64,000 bases of DNA from an uncultured Alphaproteobacteria bacterium (lineage in GTDB: Bacteria > Pseudomonadota > Alphaproteobacteria > Sphingomonadales > Sphingomonadaceae): positions 1,679,349 to 1,743,348 of the forward strand of contig OY970349.1 in assembly GCA_963717735.1 (NCBI GenBank), written 5' to 3'. Positions 1 through 10,742 of the stretch are shown piece by piece. The notes beneath the pieces are model-generated. The model made no database searches and was not told where the DNA came from. It saw only the letters and a list, made by a program, of their open reading frames with translations. Position numbers and translations under genes: made by a program. Within the stretch, counting starts at the first letter, position 1. Each line of letters starts with the position of its first letter.

Positions 1-1
1 C

Positions 2-880
2 TTCCAGGCGCGGACCGGGATCGATCCCGCCGCCAATGCCGAGGAGCTGGCCCGGCGCGTGCGCGACGCGGCGGCCGGCGGCGCGGCGATGCTGTTCACG
101 CCCGAGATGAGCGGGCTCCTCGACCGGGACCGGGCGCGGGCCGGGCCGCATCTGCGCAGCGAAGCCGACGATCCGGTGCTGGCCGCGGTGCGCGAAGCCG
201 CTGCGGAGGCCGGCATCTGGGTCCATATCGGCTCGCTGGCGCTGCTCGCCGATCATGGGGATAAGCTCGCCAATCGCGGCTTCGTGATCGACGATGCGGG
301 CGATATCCGAGCCCGCTACGACAAGATCCACCTGTTCGACGTCGACCTGCCCACCGGGGAAAGCTGGCGGGAATCGGCGGCCTATCGGGGCGGCGACCGC
401 GCCGTGGTGGTCGACACGCCAGTGGGGTCGCTCGGCCTCTCCATCTGCTACGATCTGCGCTTCGCCGACCTCTATTCGGCGCTCAGCAATTACGGCGCGA
501 CCGTCTTCAGCATTCCCGCCGCATTTACGGTGCCGACGGGCGAGGCGCACTGGCACGTGCTGATGCGGGCCCGGGCGATCGAGGCGGGCGCATTCGTCGT
601 CGCCGCGGCCCAGGTCGGCCGGCACGAGGACGGCCGCGTCACCTATGGCCATTCGCTGGTCGTCGATCCGTGGGGAGTGGTGCTGCTCGACCTGGGCGGC
701 GAGGAGCCCGGGCTCGGCTTCGCGGACGTCGACCCCAAGGCGGTCGAGGACGTCCGGGGGCGGCTGCCGGCGATCTGGCACCGCCGGCCGATCCCGCCGC
801 CGGACCATGTCCGGCAAATCATCGGGTCGGCAGCGTCCCACGCTGCCGAGCCTTGTCCGGGGGACAAGGCGACCCGGTGA
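2..880 (+). CDS. Carbon-nitrogen hydrolase (Nit1/deaminated glutathione amidase-like), 5'-truncated by the window edge
   Basis: Motifs FTPE, YDKIHLFDV, ICYDLRF, RARAIE and YGHSLVVDPWG. The frame is open from position 2. Confidence 0.9.
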   Translation, partial: FQARTGIDPAANAEELARRVRDAAAGGAAMLFTPEMSGLLDRDRARAGPHLRSEADDPVLAAVREAAAEAGIWVHIGSLALLADHGDKLANRGFVIDDAGDIRARYDKIHLFDVDLPTGESWRESAAYRGGDRAVVVDTPVGSLGLSICYDLRFADLYSALSNYGATVFSIPAAFTVPTGEAHWHVLMRARAIEAGAFVVAAAQVGRHEDGRVTYGHSLVVDPWGVVLLDLGGEEPGLGFADVDPKAVEDVRGRLPAIWHRRPIPPPDHVRQIIGSAASHAAEPCPGDKATR

Positions 881-1305
881 TCATTTTCGATCTCAAATGC
901 GGCCCCCAGGGCCATGTCTTCGAAGCCTGGTTCGGCTCGAGCGAGGATTATGAAGCGCAGCAGGCGCGCGGCCTCGTCACCTGCCCGATCTGCGGCGCCG
1001 CCGAGATCGACAAGGCGCCGATGGCGCCGCGCGTTCCGGCCAGGGGCGGCGCATGCGAGATGGCGCCCGAGGCGATGAAGGCGATGCTCTCGGACATGGC
1101 GGCGGCGCAGAAGAAGATGCTCGAAAGCAGCGAGCATGTCGGCGACCGCTTCCCCGACGAGGCGCGCGCCATCCATCTGGGCGAGGCCGAGGCACGCTCG
1201 ATCCACGGCCGCGCCAGCCGCGCCGACGCCGAGAGCCTGCGTGACGAAGGCATCCCGGTCGCGCCTTTGCCGTTCCCGGTGCCGGAGCCCGGCGAGGAGA
1301 ATTGA
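877..1305 (+). CDS. DUF1178 family protein
   Basis: MIIFDLKC..GHVFEAWF, CPICG, VGDRFPDEARAIH. GTGA overlap with the nitrilase stop. Confidence 0.88.
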   Translation: MIIFDLKCGPQGHVFEAWFGSSEDYEAQQARGLVTCPICGAAEIDKAPMAPRVPARGGACEMAPEAMKAMLSDMAAAQKKMLESSEHVGDRFPDEARAIHLGEAEARSIHGRASRADAESLRDEGIPVAPLPFPVPEPGEEN

Positions 1306-1344
1306 CCCCGCGAGGCGCTTGCGCCAAACCGCGCGCCGGAGAAT

Positions 1345-1421
1345 GGCCCCGTAGCTCAGCAGGATAGAGCGAGTGATTCCTAATCACTAGGCCACAGGTT
1401 CGAATCCTGTCGGGGTCACCA
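1345..1421 (+). tRNA. tRNA-Arg(CCT)
   Basis: GGCCCCG acceptor stem, D arm TAGCTCAGCAGGATAGAGC, anticodon arm AGTGA-TTCCTAA-TCACT, GGTTCGAATCC, encoded CCA; 77 nt. Confidence 0.96.
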
Positions 1422-1492
1422 TCCTGTCCGCGGCGTAGCGGGAGTTTCGTTTCGCTCCCCCGGCGTGTATTCGCCTGCCCCAGGAGGCGAAG

Positions 1493-2113
1493 ATGAGCGA
1501 GCACGGCCCGGATGCGGAGGATGGCGACCTGGTGCGCGAGCCGCGCAGGATCGCGGTCCCGGACGACGTCCACGAAGCGGTGCGGACGCTGATCCGCTGG
1601 GCGGGCGACGATCCCGACCGCGAAGGCCTGCTCGACACGCCGGCGCGGGTGGCGCGCGCCTGGAAGGAATATGCGCGCGGCTATGCCGAGGATCCCGCCC
1701 ATCATCTCAGCCGCACCTTCGAGGAAGTCGGCGGCTATGACGAGATCGTGCTTTTGAGGGACATCCCGTTCCAGTCGCATTGCGAGCATCACCTCGCGCC
1801 GATCATCGGCAAGGCGGCGATCGCCTACCTTCCCAACGACCGCGTCGTCGGTATCTCCAAGCTGGCCCGCGTCCTTCACGGTTTCGCCCGCCGCCTCCAG
1901 GTGCAGGAGCGGCTGACCGCGCAGGTCGCCGACACCATCTGGGAGCATCTGAAGCCGCAGGGCGTCGCTGTCGTCATCGAGGCGACCCACGCCTGCATGA
2001 CCGCGCGCGGCGTCGCCACGCCCGACGTGATGATGACCACCAGCCGGATGATGGGGGTGTTCCGCGAGGACGAGCGCAGCCGCCGCGAGGTGCTGGCCTT
2101 GATGGGCTATTGA
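1493..2113 (+). CDS. folE: GTP cyclohydrolase I
   Basis: [45 protein letters not shown]. Confidence 0.96.
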   Translation: MSEHGPDAEDGDLVREPRRIAVPDDVHEAVRTLIRWAGDDPDREGLLDTPARVARAWKEYARGYAEDPAHHLSRTFEEVGGYDEIVLLRDIPFQSHCEHHLAPIIGKAAIAYLPNDRVVGISKLARVLHGFARRLQVQERLTAQVADTIWEHLKPQGVAVVIEATHACMTARGVATPDVMMTTSRMMGVFREDERSRREVLALMGY

Positions 2114-2589
2114 TGCGGGCGCTGGGCCTGGCCGTGCTGTTGCTCGCCGGCTGCGGCGCCGACGATGTCGGGGAGGGCAATGCCACGGCCAACCAGATCG
2201 AACGCCTGTCCATCCCTAACCAGCAGCCGGTGGCGGACCCCAATGTCTCGGCGCGGTTGCAGCCGATCAGCCCGGGCGACGTAACCCGCGAGGGCCTTGG
2301 CGGCCCCGGCTGTGCGTTCGGCAGCGGCGGAACGATGCTGCTCGCGGCCACGGGAGAGGATGCGATCGCGCGAATTGCCGGGGCGCTGCGTCATTTCACC
2401 CATTCGGCGCCGGTCGGGCCCAGCGGGGGCTTTTTCGAGGACCGCCAAACCAGCGTCAGCGTGGGGCGGACAGACGCGGGGGACGTGGCACCGAACGCGG
2501 CGGCGGGTTGGCCGGCGCGGATCACGGTGACCAATCGCCGCACCGGCGCCCAGGTCGAGCTGGAAGGCGTTTGGCGCTGCGACGGCTAA
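2113..2589 (+). CDS. Hypothetical lipoprotein
   Basis: TGATG coupling with folE; lipobox LLLAGC. Confidence 0.7.
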   Translation: MRALGLAVLLLAGCGADDVGEGNATANQIERLSIPNQQPVADPNVSARLQPISPGDVTREGLGGPGCAFGSGGTMLLAATGEDAIARIAGALRHFTHSAPVGPSGGFFEDRQTSVSVGRTDAGDVAPNAAAGWPARITVTNRRTGAQVELEGVWRCDG

Positions 2590-2601
2590 CAGGAGGAAAG
2601 A

Positions 2602-3909
2602 GTGGATCAACGACAGGCTCAGCACCCTGAGAAGACGCCGCTCAGGCGCGTGGTGATGGCGAGCCTTATCGACACGACCATCGAATGGTACGATTTCTTC
2701 CTTTACGGCTCGGCGGCAGCCCTGGTTTTCAACCGGCTGTTTTTCCCAAGCTTCGATCCGCTCACCGGCACCTTGCTCGCATTCGCGACCTACGCGCTCG
2801 GTTTCGTCGCGCGGCCGGTCGGCGGGATCGTGTTCGGCCATTATGGCGATCGGATCGGGCGCAAGCGCCTGTTGATGCTGAGCCTCATCCTGATGGGCGT
2901 CGCGACGGTGCTGATCGGGCTGCTGCCGACCTATGCCCAGATCGGCGTCTGGGCGCCGATCGCGCTGATCGCGCTGCGGCTCGTCCAGGGCTTCGCGGTC
3001 GGCGGCGAATGGGGCGGGGCGGTGCTGATGGCGGCCGAGCATGGCGACGCCGCGCGGCGCGGCTTCTGGGCGAGCTGGCCGCAGGCGGGCGTCGCCGCCG
3101 GCAACCTGCTGGCGGCGGGCGTGCTGGCGCTGCTGGCCGGGATCCAGGACGAGGCGGATTTCCTCGCCTGGGGCTGGCGGATCCCGTTCCTCCTTTCGGT
3201 CGTGCTGGTGATCGTCGGCTGGTACATCCGCAACCGAGTCGCCGAGAGCCACACCTTCGAGAAGGCGCTGGCCGAGGCCGAGGCGCCGCCGAAGCTGCCG
3301 GCGCTCAACGTCCTGCGCGAGCGGCCGAAAGCGCTCGTGCTCGGCGCCGGGCTCCGGGTCGGCGAGAACATCTCCTACTACATCCTCACCGTCTTTTCGC
3401 TGACCTTCCTGGTCGACGTCGCGGCGGAGAGCCGGAGCCTGGCCCTCAACGCGCTCTTGATCGGCGCGGCGGTGCAGTTCTTCGCCATCCCCTTCTTCGC
3501 CTTCCTCTCCGACCGGATCGGGCGGCGTCCCGTCTATGCCTTCGGTGGGCTCGGCCTGGCGGCGTGGAGCTTCGCCTTGTTTCCGCTGCTGGCGAGCGGC
3601 GACAATCGCGCGGTCGTGCTGGCGCTCGTCGTCGGGCTGGTCCTGCACGGCGCGATGTACGGGCCGCAGGCGGCGATGATCGCCGAATTGTTCCCGACCC
3701 GGATCCGCTATTCGGGCGCGTCGATCGCCTATCAGCTGACCTCGATCGTCGCCGGCTCACTGGCGCCTATCATCGCTCTGTGGCTCTACAAGAGCTATAA
3801 TTCGGCGCTGCCGGTCGCGATCTACGTCGGCACCGCCTGCGCGGTCAGCGGCCTCAGCGCCCTGCTGGCGCGCGAGACCAAGGGCATCGAGCTCGACGCG
3901 ATCCGCTAG
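2602..3909 (+). CDS. MFS transporter, metabolite:H+ symporter (MHS/ShiA-like)
   Basis: TTIEWYDF, GHYGDRIGRK, QGFAVGGEWGG; about 12 TM segments; SD AGGAGG. Confidence 0.92.
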   Translation: MDQRQAQHPEKTPLRRVVMASLIDTTIEWYDFFLYGSAAALVFNRLFFPSFDPLTGTLLAFATYALGFVARPVGGIVFGHYGDRIGRKRLLMLSLILMGVATVLIGLLPTYAQIGVWAPIALIALRLVQGFAVGGEWGGAVLMAAEHGDAARRGFWASWPQAGVAAGNLLAAGVLALLAGIQDEADFLAWGWRIPFLLSVVLVIVGWYIRNRVAESHTFEKALAEAEAPPKLPALNVLRERPKALVLGAGLRVGENISYYILTVFSLTFLVDVAAESRSLALNALLIGAAVQFFAIPFFAFLSDRIGRRPVYAFGGLGLAAWSFALFPLLASGDNRAVVLALVVGLVLHGAMYGPQAAMIAELFPTRIRYSGASIAYQLTSIVAGSLAPIIALWLYKSYNSALPVAIYVGTACAVSGLSALLARETKGIELDAIR

Positions 3910-4000
3910 GGGCGGGCAGCGGCGGCGCCCCGCGCGAGCCGGCGCCGCCATCGCGGCTCGGGGCCAGGCGGAGCGGCCCGATCGAATCCGGCCGCCAAAG

Positions 4001-4036
4001 AAAAGGCCGCCTGCTCTGGCGAGCGGGCGGCCTTTC
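4001..4036. terminator. Bidirectional intrinsic terminator between the MFS gene and rplI
   Basis: AAAAGGCCGCCTGCTC...GAGCGGGCGGCCTTTT hairpin between convergent genes. Confidence 0.7.
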
Positions 4037-4055
4037 CCGATGATCGGATCGGCGT

Positions 4056-4721
4056 TCAGGCCTGGCCGGCGGTCTCGTCGTCCTCGCCCGCCTCGGCGGC
4101 TTCGGCGGTGTCCTCCGCGGCAGCCTCCTCGGCGGGAGCGGCTTCGTCCGCGCTCGCTTCCGGCGCGATCTCGCCCGGCTCGAGCGTCTCGTCGCGCTCC
4201 TCGATGAAGCCGGAGACGTCCTTTTCGAACATCTCGGCCATCACGTCCTTGCCGGCCGCCTGCAGCTCGGCCTCTTCGGGCGAGCGGGCGACGTTGACCA
4301 TGATCGAGACCGAAACCTCCGGATGGAGCGCGATCTTCACCTCCTGAACGCCCAGCGCCTTGATCGGGCGGTCGAGCACGATCTGGTTCTTGGCGATCTT
4401 GTGGCCCTGCGCCTCGAGCGCCTCGGCGAGGTCGCGGGCGCTGACCGAGCCGTACAGCTGGCCGGCGTTCGACGCCTGGCGGATCAGCTGGATCCTGGCG
4501 CCGTCGACCTTCTTCGAATCCACTTCGGCAGCGCTTCGGCGCTCGGCGTTCTGCGCCTCGATATTCTCGCGATTGGCCTCGAACACCTTGCGGTTCGACT
4601 CGTTGGCGCGAAGCGCCTTGCCGCGGGGAAGGAGGAAGTTGCGGGCATAGCCGTTCTTCACCTTCACCACGTCGCCGATCGAACCAAGCTTCTCGATGCG
4701 CTCGAGCAGTATGACGTCCAT
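4056..4721 (-). CDS. rplI: 50S ribosomal protein L9
   Basis: MDVILLERIEKLG, GYARNFLLP, LYGSV; acidic tail. Confidence 0.97.
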   Translation of the reverse strand: MDVILLERIEKLGSIGDVVKVKNGYARNFLLPRGKALRANESNRKVFEANRENIEAQNAERRSAAEVDSKKVDGARIQLIRQASNAGQLYGSVSARDLAEALEAQGHKIAKNQIVLDRPIKALGVQEVKIALHPEVSVSIMVNVARSPEEAELQAAGKDVMAEMFEKDVSGFIEERDETLEPGEIAPEASADEAAPAEEAAAEDTAEAAEAGEDDETAGQA

Positions 4722-4733
4722 CGCTCTCGCTCC

Positions 4734-4958
4734 TTATTTCACGACATAGGGAAGCAGGCCGAGATGGCGGGCGCGCTTGATCGCCTTGGCCAGTTCGCGC
4801 TGCTTCTTGGTGCTGACCGCGGTGATGCGGCTGGGGACGATCTTGCCCCGCTCGGAGACGAAGCCCTGGAGCAGGCGGACATCCTTGTAATCGATGCGCG
4901 GCGCATCCTTGCCGGAGAAGGGGCAGGATTTGCGGCGGCGGAAAAATGGGCGGCCCAT
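4734..4958 (-). CDS. rpsR: 30S ribosomal protein S18
   Basis: [24 protein letters not shown]. Confidence 0.98.
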   Translation of the reverse strand: MGRPFFRRRKSCPFSGKDAPRIDYKDVRLLQGFVSERGKIVPSRITAVSTKKQRELAKAIKRARHLGLLPYVVK

Positions 4959-4972
4959 ATCTGTTCCCTTCC

Positions 4973-5392
4973 TTACGCTTCGTAATCGTCGCGGCCGCGG
5001 CCGCGACCGCCGCGATCACCGCGATCGCCACGGTCGCCACGATCGTCGTCGCCGCGCCGTTTGTCGCGGTCGCCGCGCCGCATCATCGCGGAGGGGCCCT
5101 GCTCATGCTCATCGACCTTGATGGTCATGTAGCGGATCACGTCCTCGTTGATCTGCGTCTGGCGCTCAAGCTCGGCCACGACCGGCGCCGGCGCATCGAA
5201 ATCGAGCGCGACATAGTGCGCCTTGCGGTTCTTGGCGATGCGGTAGGCGATGTTGCGCAGACCCCAGGTCTCGGTCTTGACGACCTTGCCGCCATTGTCC
5301 TCGATGATCTTGGTGGCGTTCTCCGCCAGCGCGTCGACCTGGGCCTGGGCCAGGTCTTGACGCGCCAAAAAGACATGCTCGTAGAGCGGCAT
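4973..5392 (-). CDS. rpsF: 30S ribosomal protein S6
   Basis: [23 protein letters not shown]; GDR-repeat tail. Confidence 0.97.
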   Translation of the reverse strand: MPLYEHVFLARQDLAQAQVDALAENATKIIEDNGGKVVKTETWGLRNIAYRIAKNRKAHYVALDFDAPAPVVAELERQTQINEDVIRYMTIKVDEHEQGPSAMMRRGDRDKRRGDDDRGDRGDRGDRGGRGRGRDDYEA

Positions 5393-5660
5393 GTGGCGCT
5401 GTTCCTTCTCTTGGCCGATCGCTGACGCCGCCCATTGCGGACGCCCCTCCGGCTGTCGTCGATACTTCTTGCTCGTCGCGATTTTCCGAGCCGGCTGGTT
5501 GCCGCCTCGCAATTGCTTCAAAGCTAAAGCCGGGGCTGAAGGCATGGCCTCCGCCCCGGGCTGCCGCTCACTTAGCCGATTTCTTTGATTTTGCAAGTCG
5601 CCTTGCCTTCTTTCCCCGGGGTTCCTAACCGCCGCGCTACAACCGAACCGAGGAATGGAC

Positions 5661-6584
5661 ATGCGCGCATTCATCTTTCCGGGGCAGGGGAGCCAGTCGG
5701 TCGGCATGGGCGCCGCCCTGGCCGAAGCGAGCCGGGCGGCCCGCGCGGTGTTCGAGGAAGCGGACGAGGCGCTCGGTCAGCATCTCTCGCGGCTGATGGC
5801 GGAAGGACCGGCGGAAGAGCTGATTCTGACCGAGAATGCCCAGCCGGCGATCATGGCCAATGCGGTGGCGACACTGCGCGCTTCCGGCATCGACCTCGCG
5901 TCCAAGGCGGATTTCGTCGCCGGCCACTCCCTCGGCGAATATTCGGCGCTCTGCGCGGCGGGGACGTTCGATCTCGCAACGACCGCGCGTCTCCTCAAGA
6001 AGCGCGGCCAGGCGATGCAGGCTGCGGTGCCGGTGGGGGAGGGGGCGATGGCCGCGTTGCTCGGCGCCAACCTCGCTTTGGCCCAGGCGACCGCGGAGGA
6101 GGCCGCGCGGGGCGAGATCTGCACCGTCGCCAACGACAACGATCCGTCGCAGGTCGTGATTTCGGGACACCGGGGCGCGGTCGAGCGGGCGCTGGACATC
6201 GCCAAGGAGAAGGGCGCCAAAAGGGCGATCCTGCTGCCCGTGTCGGCGCCGTTCCACTGTCCTTTGATGCAGCCGGCCGCCGACGCGATGGCCGAGGCGC
6301 TGGCCGCCGCGCACATGGAGCCGCCGGCCGTGTCGCTCTACGCCAACGTCACCGCCGCGCCGGTGGACAGCCCCGACACGATCCGCGAATTGCTCGTCGA
6401 GCAGGTCACCGGCATGGTCCGCTGGCGCGAGAGCGTCGCCAACATGGCGGCCGCGGGCGTCATCCATTTCGTCGAATTCGGCGGCAAGGTGCTCGGGCCG
6501 ATGGTCAAGCGCATCGCCCCCGACGTGACGGTGACCAGCGTCGTCTCGATGGACGATATCGACGCGCTGGTGAAGGAGATTTGA
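5661..6584 (+). CDS. fabD: Malonyl-CoA-ACP transacylase
   Basis: FPGQGSQ, GHSLGEY, VSAPFH. Confidence 0.97.
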   Translation: MRAFIFPGQGSQSVGMGAALAEASRAARAVFEEADEALGQHLSRLMAEGPAEELILTENAQPAIMANAVATLRASGIDLASKADFVAGHSLGEYSALCAAGTFDLATTARLLKKRGQAMQAAVPVGEGAMAALLGANLALAQATAEEAARGEICTVANDNDPSQVVISGHRGAVERALDIAKEKGAKRAILLPVSAPFHCPLMQPAADAMAEALAAAHMEPPAVSLYANVTAAPVDSPDTIRELLVEQVTGMVRWRESVANMAAAGVIHFVEFGGKVLGPMVKRIAPDVTVTSVVSMDDIDALVKEI

Positions 6585-6590
6585 CCCTCA

Positions 6591-6661
6591 CGTCATTCCA
6601 GCGAAAGCTGGAATCTCCTTGTCTTTAAAGAGGTGGGATTCCAGCTTTCGCTGGAATGACG
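6591..6661. repeat. Intergenic palindromic element, family A (GTCATTCCAGCGAAAGCTGGAATC...)
   Basis: Long inverted repeat whose arms are themselves GAAA/TTTC-loop hairpins; related copy at 37596-37700. Confidence 0.85.
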
Positions 6662-6679
6662 GCTTCGGGAGATAGGAAT

Positions 6680-7417
6680 ATGTTCGACCTGACTGGAATG
6701 ACCGCCCTCGTCACCGGCGCGTCGGGCGGGATCGGCTCCGCGATCGCCAAGGGCCTGGCCGCGCAGGGCGCGCGGCTCGCGGTGTCGGGCTCCAATGCGG
6801 AGAAGCTGGAGGCGTTCCGGGCCGCGCTTGGCGGCGATCATGTGGCGCTTTCCTGCGACCTCGGCGACGGCGCCGCGGTCGACGCGCTCGTGCCGCGGGC
6901 GGTGGCGGCGCTGGGACAGATCGACATCCTGGTCAACAATGCCGGCGTCACCCGCGACAATCTCGCAATGCGGATGAAGGACGAGGAATGGTCCGACGTG
7001 ATCCGCGTCAACCTAGAGGCCGCCTTCCGCCTCTGCCGCGCGGCGCTGAAGCCGATGATGCGCGCCCGCTTCGGCCGGATCGTCTCGATCACTTCGGTGG
7101 TCGGCGCGACCGGCAATCCGGGCCAGGCCAATTACGCCGCCTCGAAAGCGGGCCTGGTCGGCATGTCGAAGGCGCTGGCGCAGGAGGTGGCGAGCCGCGG
7201 CATCACCGTCAACTGCATCGCCCCCGGCTTCATCCGCTCGGCCATGACCGAGGTGCTGCCCGACGCGCAGAAGCAGGCGCTGCTCGGGCGCATCCCGATC
7301 GGCGACCTCGGCACCGGCGAGGACATCGCCGCCGCGGCCGTCTATCTGGCGAGCCGCGAGGCCGGCTACGTGACGGGCCAGACCCTGCACGTCAACGGCG
7401 GCATGGCGATGCTGTGA
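6680..7417 (+). CDS. fabG: 3-oxoacyl-ACP reductase
   Basis: [17 protein letters not shown]; fab operon context. Confidence 0.96.
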   Translation: MFDLTGMTALVTGASGGIGSAIAKGLAAQGARLAVSGSNAEKLEAFRAALGGDHVALSCDLGDGAAVDALVPRAVAALGQIDILVNNAGVTRDNLAMRMKDEEWSDVIRVNLEAAFRLCRAALKPMMRARFGRIVSITSVVGATGNPGQANYAASKAGLVGMSKALAQEVASRGITVNCIAPGFIRSAMTEVLPDAQKQALLGRIPIGDLGTGEDIAAAAVYLASREAGYVTGQTLHVNGGMAML

Positions 7418-7497
7418 TTTGCGTTCCACTTGCCATCGGCCCGGCCAAGCGGCTAGGGCGGGGCCAAGGAACAAACACCGCTAGGGAAAGGTGGCAT

Positions 7498-7734
7498 ATG
7501 AGCGAGACTTCGGACCGCGTTAAGAAGATCGTCGTCGAGCATCTGGGAGTCGAGGCCGACAAGGTCACCGAGGAAGCGAGCTTCATCGACGATCTCGGTG
7601 CCGACAGCCTCGACATCGTCGAGCTGGTCATGGCGTTCGAGGAGGAATTCGGGGTGGAGATCCCCGATGACGCCGCCGAAAAGATCACGACCGTGAAGGA
7701 TGCGATCGACTATATCGACCAGAACAAGGCCTGA
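7498..7734 (+). CDS. acpP: Acyl carrier protein
   Basis: [20 protein letters not shown]. Confidence 0.98.
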   Translation: MSETSDRVKKIVVEHLGVEADKVTEEASFIDDLGADSLDIVELVMAFEEEFGVEIPDDAAEKITTVKDAIDYIDQNKA

Positions 7735-7842
7735 CCTTAAGAGGGCCGTCCGCCGGCCCGGCGGTCAGCGAGCCGCTTGCTTTTAGAACGGCTCCCCGTC
7801 CAAGGCCGGGGGGCCGTTTTTGTCTGAATCGGGAGTTTTCGA

Positions 7843-9102
7843 ATGCGCCGCGTAGTCGTCACCGGTCTCGGACTCGTCACGCCTCTGGGCGCCGACGTCG
7901 AGACCAGCTGGAAGAACATCCTCGCCTCGAAGAGCGGGGCGACGCGGATCACCCGCTTCGACCCGACCGATTATGCCTGCCAGATCGCCTGCGAGGTGAA
8001 GCCGCCCGAACATGAATATGGCTTCGATCCCAACGTACGCGTCGATCACAAGGTCCAGCGCCAGGTCGACCCGTTCATCGTCTACGGCATCGACGCGGCC
8101 GGCCAGGCACTGGAGGATGCCGGCCTCACCGACATGAGCGAGGAAGAGCGCTATCGCGCCGGCGTCTCGATCGGCTCCGGCATTGGCGGCCTGCCGGGGA
8201 TCGAAAGGGAATTGATCGTCCTTTACGAAAAGGGCCCGCGCCGCGTCTCTCCGCACTTTGTCCACGGGCGCCTGATCAACCTCATCTCCGGCCAGGTCTC
8301 GATCAAATACGGCCTGATGGGCCCGAACCACGCCGTCGTCACCGCCTGCTCGACCGGCGCCCATTCGATCGGCGACGCCGGCCGGATGATCGCGATGGAC
8401 GATGCCGACGTCATGCTCGCCGGCGGCGCCGAATGCGCGCTCTGCCCGATCGGCATCGCCGGCTTCGCCCAGGCGCGGGCGCTGTCGACCAACTTCAACG
8501 ACCAGCCCGAGCGCGCAAGCCGCCCCTACGACGTCGACCGCGACGGCTTCGTCATGGGGGAAGGAGCGGGCGTGGTTGTGCTCGAGGAATATGAGCGGGC
8601 CAAGGCGCGCGGCGCCAAGATCTACGCCGAGCTGGTCGGCTACGGCATGTCGGGCGACGCCTATCACGTCACCGCGCCGCACCCGGAGGGCTCGGGCGGC
8701 TACCGGGCGATGGAAGCGGCGATGAAGCGCTCGGGCCTCGATCTCGGCGACATCGACTATATCAACGCCCACGGCACCTCGACCCCGCTCGGCGACGAGC
8801 TCGAGCTCGGCGCGGTCCGGCGGCTGTTCGGCAACCATATCGGCGACCTGTCGATGAGCTCGACCAAGTCGGCGATCGGCCATCTGCTCGGCGGCGCCGG
8901 CGCGGTCGAGTCGATCTTCTGCATCCTCGCCTTGCGCGATCAGATCGTGCCGCCGACCCTCAACCTCGACAATCCGAGCGAGGGAACGGCGGGCGTCGAC
9001 CTTGTTCCGCACGTCGCCAAGCAGCGCCAGGTCAAGGCCGTGCTCAACAACAGCTTCGGCTTCGGCGGGACCAATGCCAGCCTCGTCATGAAAGCGGTCT
9101 AA
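7843..9102 (+). CDS. fabF: Beta-ketoacyl-ACP synthase II
   Basis: VTACSTG, NAHGTST, GHLLG, NSFGFGG. Confidence 0.97.
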   Translation: MRRVVVTGLGLVTPLGADVETSWKNILASKSGATRITRFDPTDYACQIACEVKPPEHEYGFDPNVRVDHKVQRQVDPFIVYGIDAAGQALEDAGLTDMSEEERYRAGVSIGSGIGGLPGIERELIVLYEKGPRRVSPHFVHGRLINLISGQVSIKYGLMGPNHAVVTACSTGAHSIGDAGRMIAMDDADVMLAGGAECALCPIGIAGFAQARALSTNFNDQPERASRPYDVDRDGFVMGEGAGVVVLEEYERAKARGAKIYAELVGYGMSGDAYHVTAPHPEGSGGYRAMEAAMKRSGLDLGDIDYINAHGTSTPLGDELELGAVRRLFGNHIGDLSMSSTKSAIGHLLGGAGAVESIFCILALRDQIVPPTLNLDNPSEGTAGVDLVPHVAKQRQVKAVLNNSFGFGGTNASLVMKAV

Positions 9103-9114
9103 GCCGCCGCGATC

Positions 9115-10089
9115 ATGAAACGCGCGCTGGTCCTGCTGATCGTCCTGCCGGCGCTGGCGATCCTCGCCGCCTTCACCGCTTTCTGGCTGCTCTGGGCGGG
9201 ACCGGGGCCCTATTCGGAGCCGAAGACGATCGTCGTCGAGCAGGGCGCGAGCGTCGCCCGAGTCGCGGCCCAGCTCGAGCAGGCGGGCGTGATCCGCGGC
9301 GGCGCAACGACTTTTCGCGGCTTCGCCCGGGTCTTCGGCGCGCATGCCCCCGTCCAGGCGGGCGAGTTCGCGCTGCGGCCGGGGATGAGCGCCTGGGCGA
9401 TCCTCACCCACCTCCAATATGGCCGGCCGATCCAGCGCCTGGTGACCATTCCCGAGGGCACCCCGTCGGTGCTGGTCCACGAACGGCTGATGGGCCTGCC
9501 CTATCTGACCGGCGCGATCGGCGTGCCGGTCGAAGGGTCGGTGCTCCCTGACTCGTACGGCTATCGCCGCGGCGAAAGCCGGGCGGCGGTGCTGCGGCGC
9601 ATGCAGCAGGCGATGCGGAGGGAATTGGCGCGCCTCTGGGCCGAGCGCGGCGCCAATACGGCCGTGGTCAGCCCGCAGGCGGCGATCATCCTCGCCTCGA
9701 TCGTCGAGAAGGAGACCGGCAAGCCTTCGGAGCGACGGATGGTGGCGGGCGTCTACACCAATCGCCTGAGGCGCAACATGCCGCTCCAGGCCGACCCCAC
9801 GGTCATCTATCCGGTCACCCGGGGGCGGCCGCTCGGGCGCCGGATCCTGCGCTCAGAGCTGAACGCCGACAACGGCTACAACACCTATGCGCGCGCCGGC
9901 CTGCCGATCGGCCCGATCGCCAATCCCGGGCGCGCCTCGATCGCCGCCGTGCTCAACCCGGCGCCGACCAATGCGCTCTATTTCGTCGCCGACGGCCGCG
10001 GCGGCCACATCTTCGCCGACACGCTGGCGCAGCACAACGCCAACGTCCAGCGTTGGTACGCGATCCGCCGGGCGCGGGGGGAGATGTGA
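9115..10089 (+). CDS. mltG: Endolytic transglycosylase MltG
   Basis: N-terminal TM, ASIVEKET, LQADPT, YNTY, GLP.GPI.NPG; follows fabF. Confidence 0.94.
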   Translation: MKRALVLLIVLPALAILAAFTAFWLLWAGPGPYSEPKTIVVEQGASVARVAAQLEQAGVIRGGATTFRGFARVFGAHAPVQAGEFALRPGMSAWAILTHLQYGRPIQRLVTIPEGTPSVLVHERLMGLPYLTGAIGVPVEGSVLPDSYGYRRGESRAAVLRRMQQAMRRELARLWAERGANTAVVSPQAAIILASIVEKETGKPSERRMVAGVYTNRLRRNMPLQADPTVIYPVTRGRPLGRRILRSELNADNGYNTYARAGLPIGPIANPGRASIAAVLNPAPTNALYFVADGRGGHIFADTLAQHNANVQRWYAIRRARGEM

Positions 10090-10224
10090 CGGGACGGGCG
10101 GTCCCAACGCTGACGGCGACCGGTTAGCGCCCATGGCGGCCATCGCGCCATCGGGATCCCGAACCCGAAAGGAGGCCGTTCCTGCCGCGCGCTTCGACCG
10201 CTCGAGAAAAATTTGCGTAAGCGA

Positions 10225-10251
10225 TGTCGATTTTCGGCAAGCTCGTTCGTC
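10225..10251 (+). promoter_or_regulatory. Putative ECF42-dependent promoter (TGTCGA-N17-CGTC)
   Basis: Matches the ECF42 target consensus as recalled (-35 TGTCGA, -10 CGA/TC), upstream of a DGPF gene. Confidence 0.7.
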
Positions 10252-10299
10252 GTCCCGATGAGACGCCAAAGGAGGCCGGCTCGAACAAGGAGACTGCAG

Positions 10300-10734
10300 A
10301 TGCGGGTTATGGTGTTCGTGAAAGCCACCGAGGGCAGCGAAAAAAGCGTGCCGCCCACGGCCGAGGCGTTGGCGGCGTTCGAGGCGATGGACCGGTTCAC
10401 CGAGGAGCTGGTCGAGGCCGGCGTCTTTATCGCCGCCGCCGGCCTCAAGCCCAGCGCCGAGGCCAAGCGCATCGCCTTCGACGGCCCCCGCCGCACGGTC
10501 ATCGACGGGCCGTTCGCCGAGGCCCGCGAGCTGGTCGCCGGCTTCTCGATCTGGGAGGTCAAGGACATGGACGAGGCCGTGGCCTGGGCGAAGCGCTGCC
10601 CCAATCCCATGCCGGGCGCGAGCGAGATCGAGATCCGGCCGTTCTTCGAGGCGGCGGATCTGGCCGATTTCGTGACGCCCGAGGAGCTCTCGACGCCCCG
10701 TGACGGCGAGCGCGGGAAGCTCGGCGTCGCCTAG
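10300..10734 (+). CDS. YciI/DGPF family protein
   Basis: IDGPFAEARELVAGF, EAVAWAKRCP, IEIRP; SD AAGGAG. Confidence 0.92.
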   Translation: MRVMVFVKATEGSEKSVPPTAEALAAFEAMDRFTEELVEAGVFIAAAGLKPSAEAKRIAFDGPRRTVIDGPFAEARELVAGFSIWEVKDMDEAVAWAKRCPNPMPGASEIEIRPFFEAADLADFVTPEELSTPRDGERGKLGVA

Positions 10735-10742
10735 TCGCGCGA

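Noticed and set aside
1345-1421. tRNA as an integration site for an island or prophage
   Set aside because: Core genes flank both sides; no integrase or duplicated tRNA 3' end was seen.
2662-2700. MFS motif reads LIDTTIEWYDF rather than the usual GTTIEWYDF
   Set aside because: A single substitution; polymorphism cannot be distinguished from error.
4056-5100. Acidic L9 tail and GDR-repeat S6 tail
   Set aside because: Common low-complexity extensions in alphaproteobacteria.
2107-9480. Long antisense or alternative-frame ORFs (e.g. 2107-3648, 7783-9480 and many similar across the window)
   Set aside because: Expected in high-GC DNA; they overlap well-supported genes and carry no motifs.
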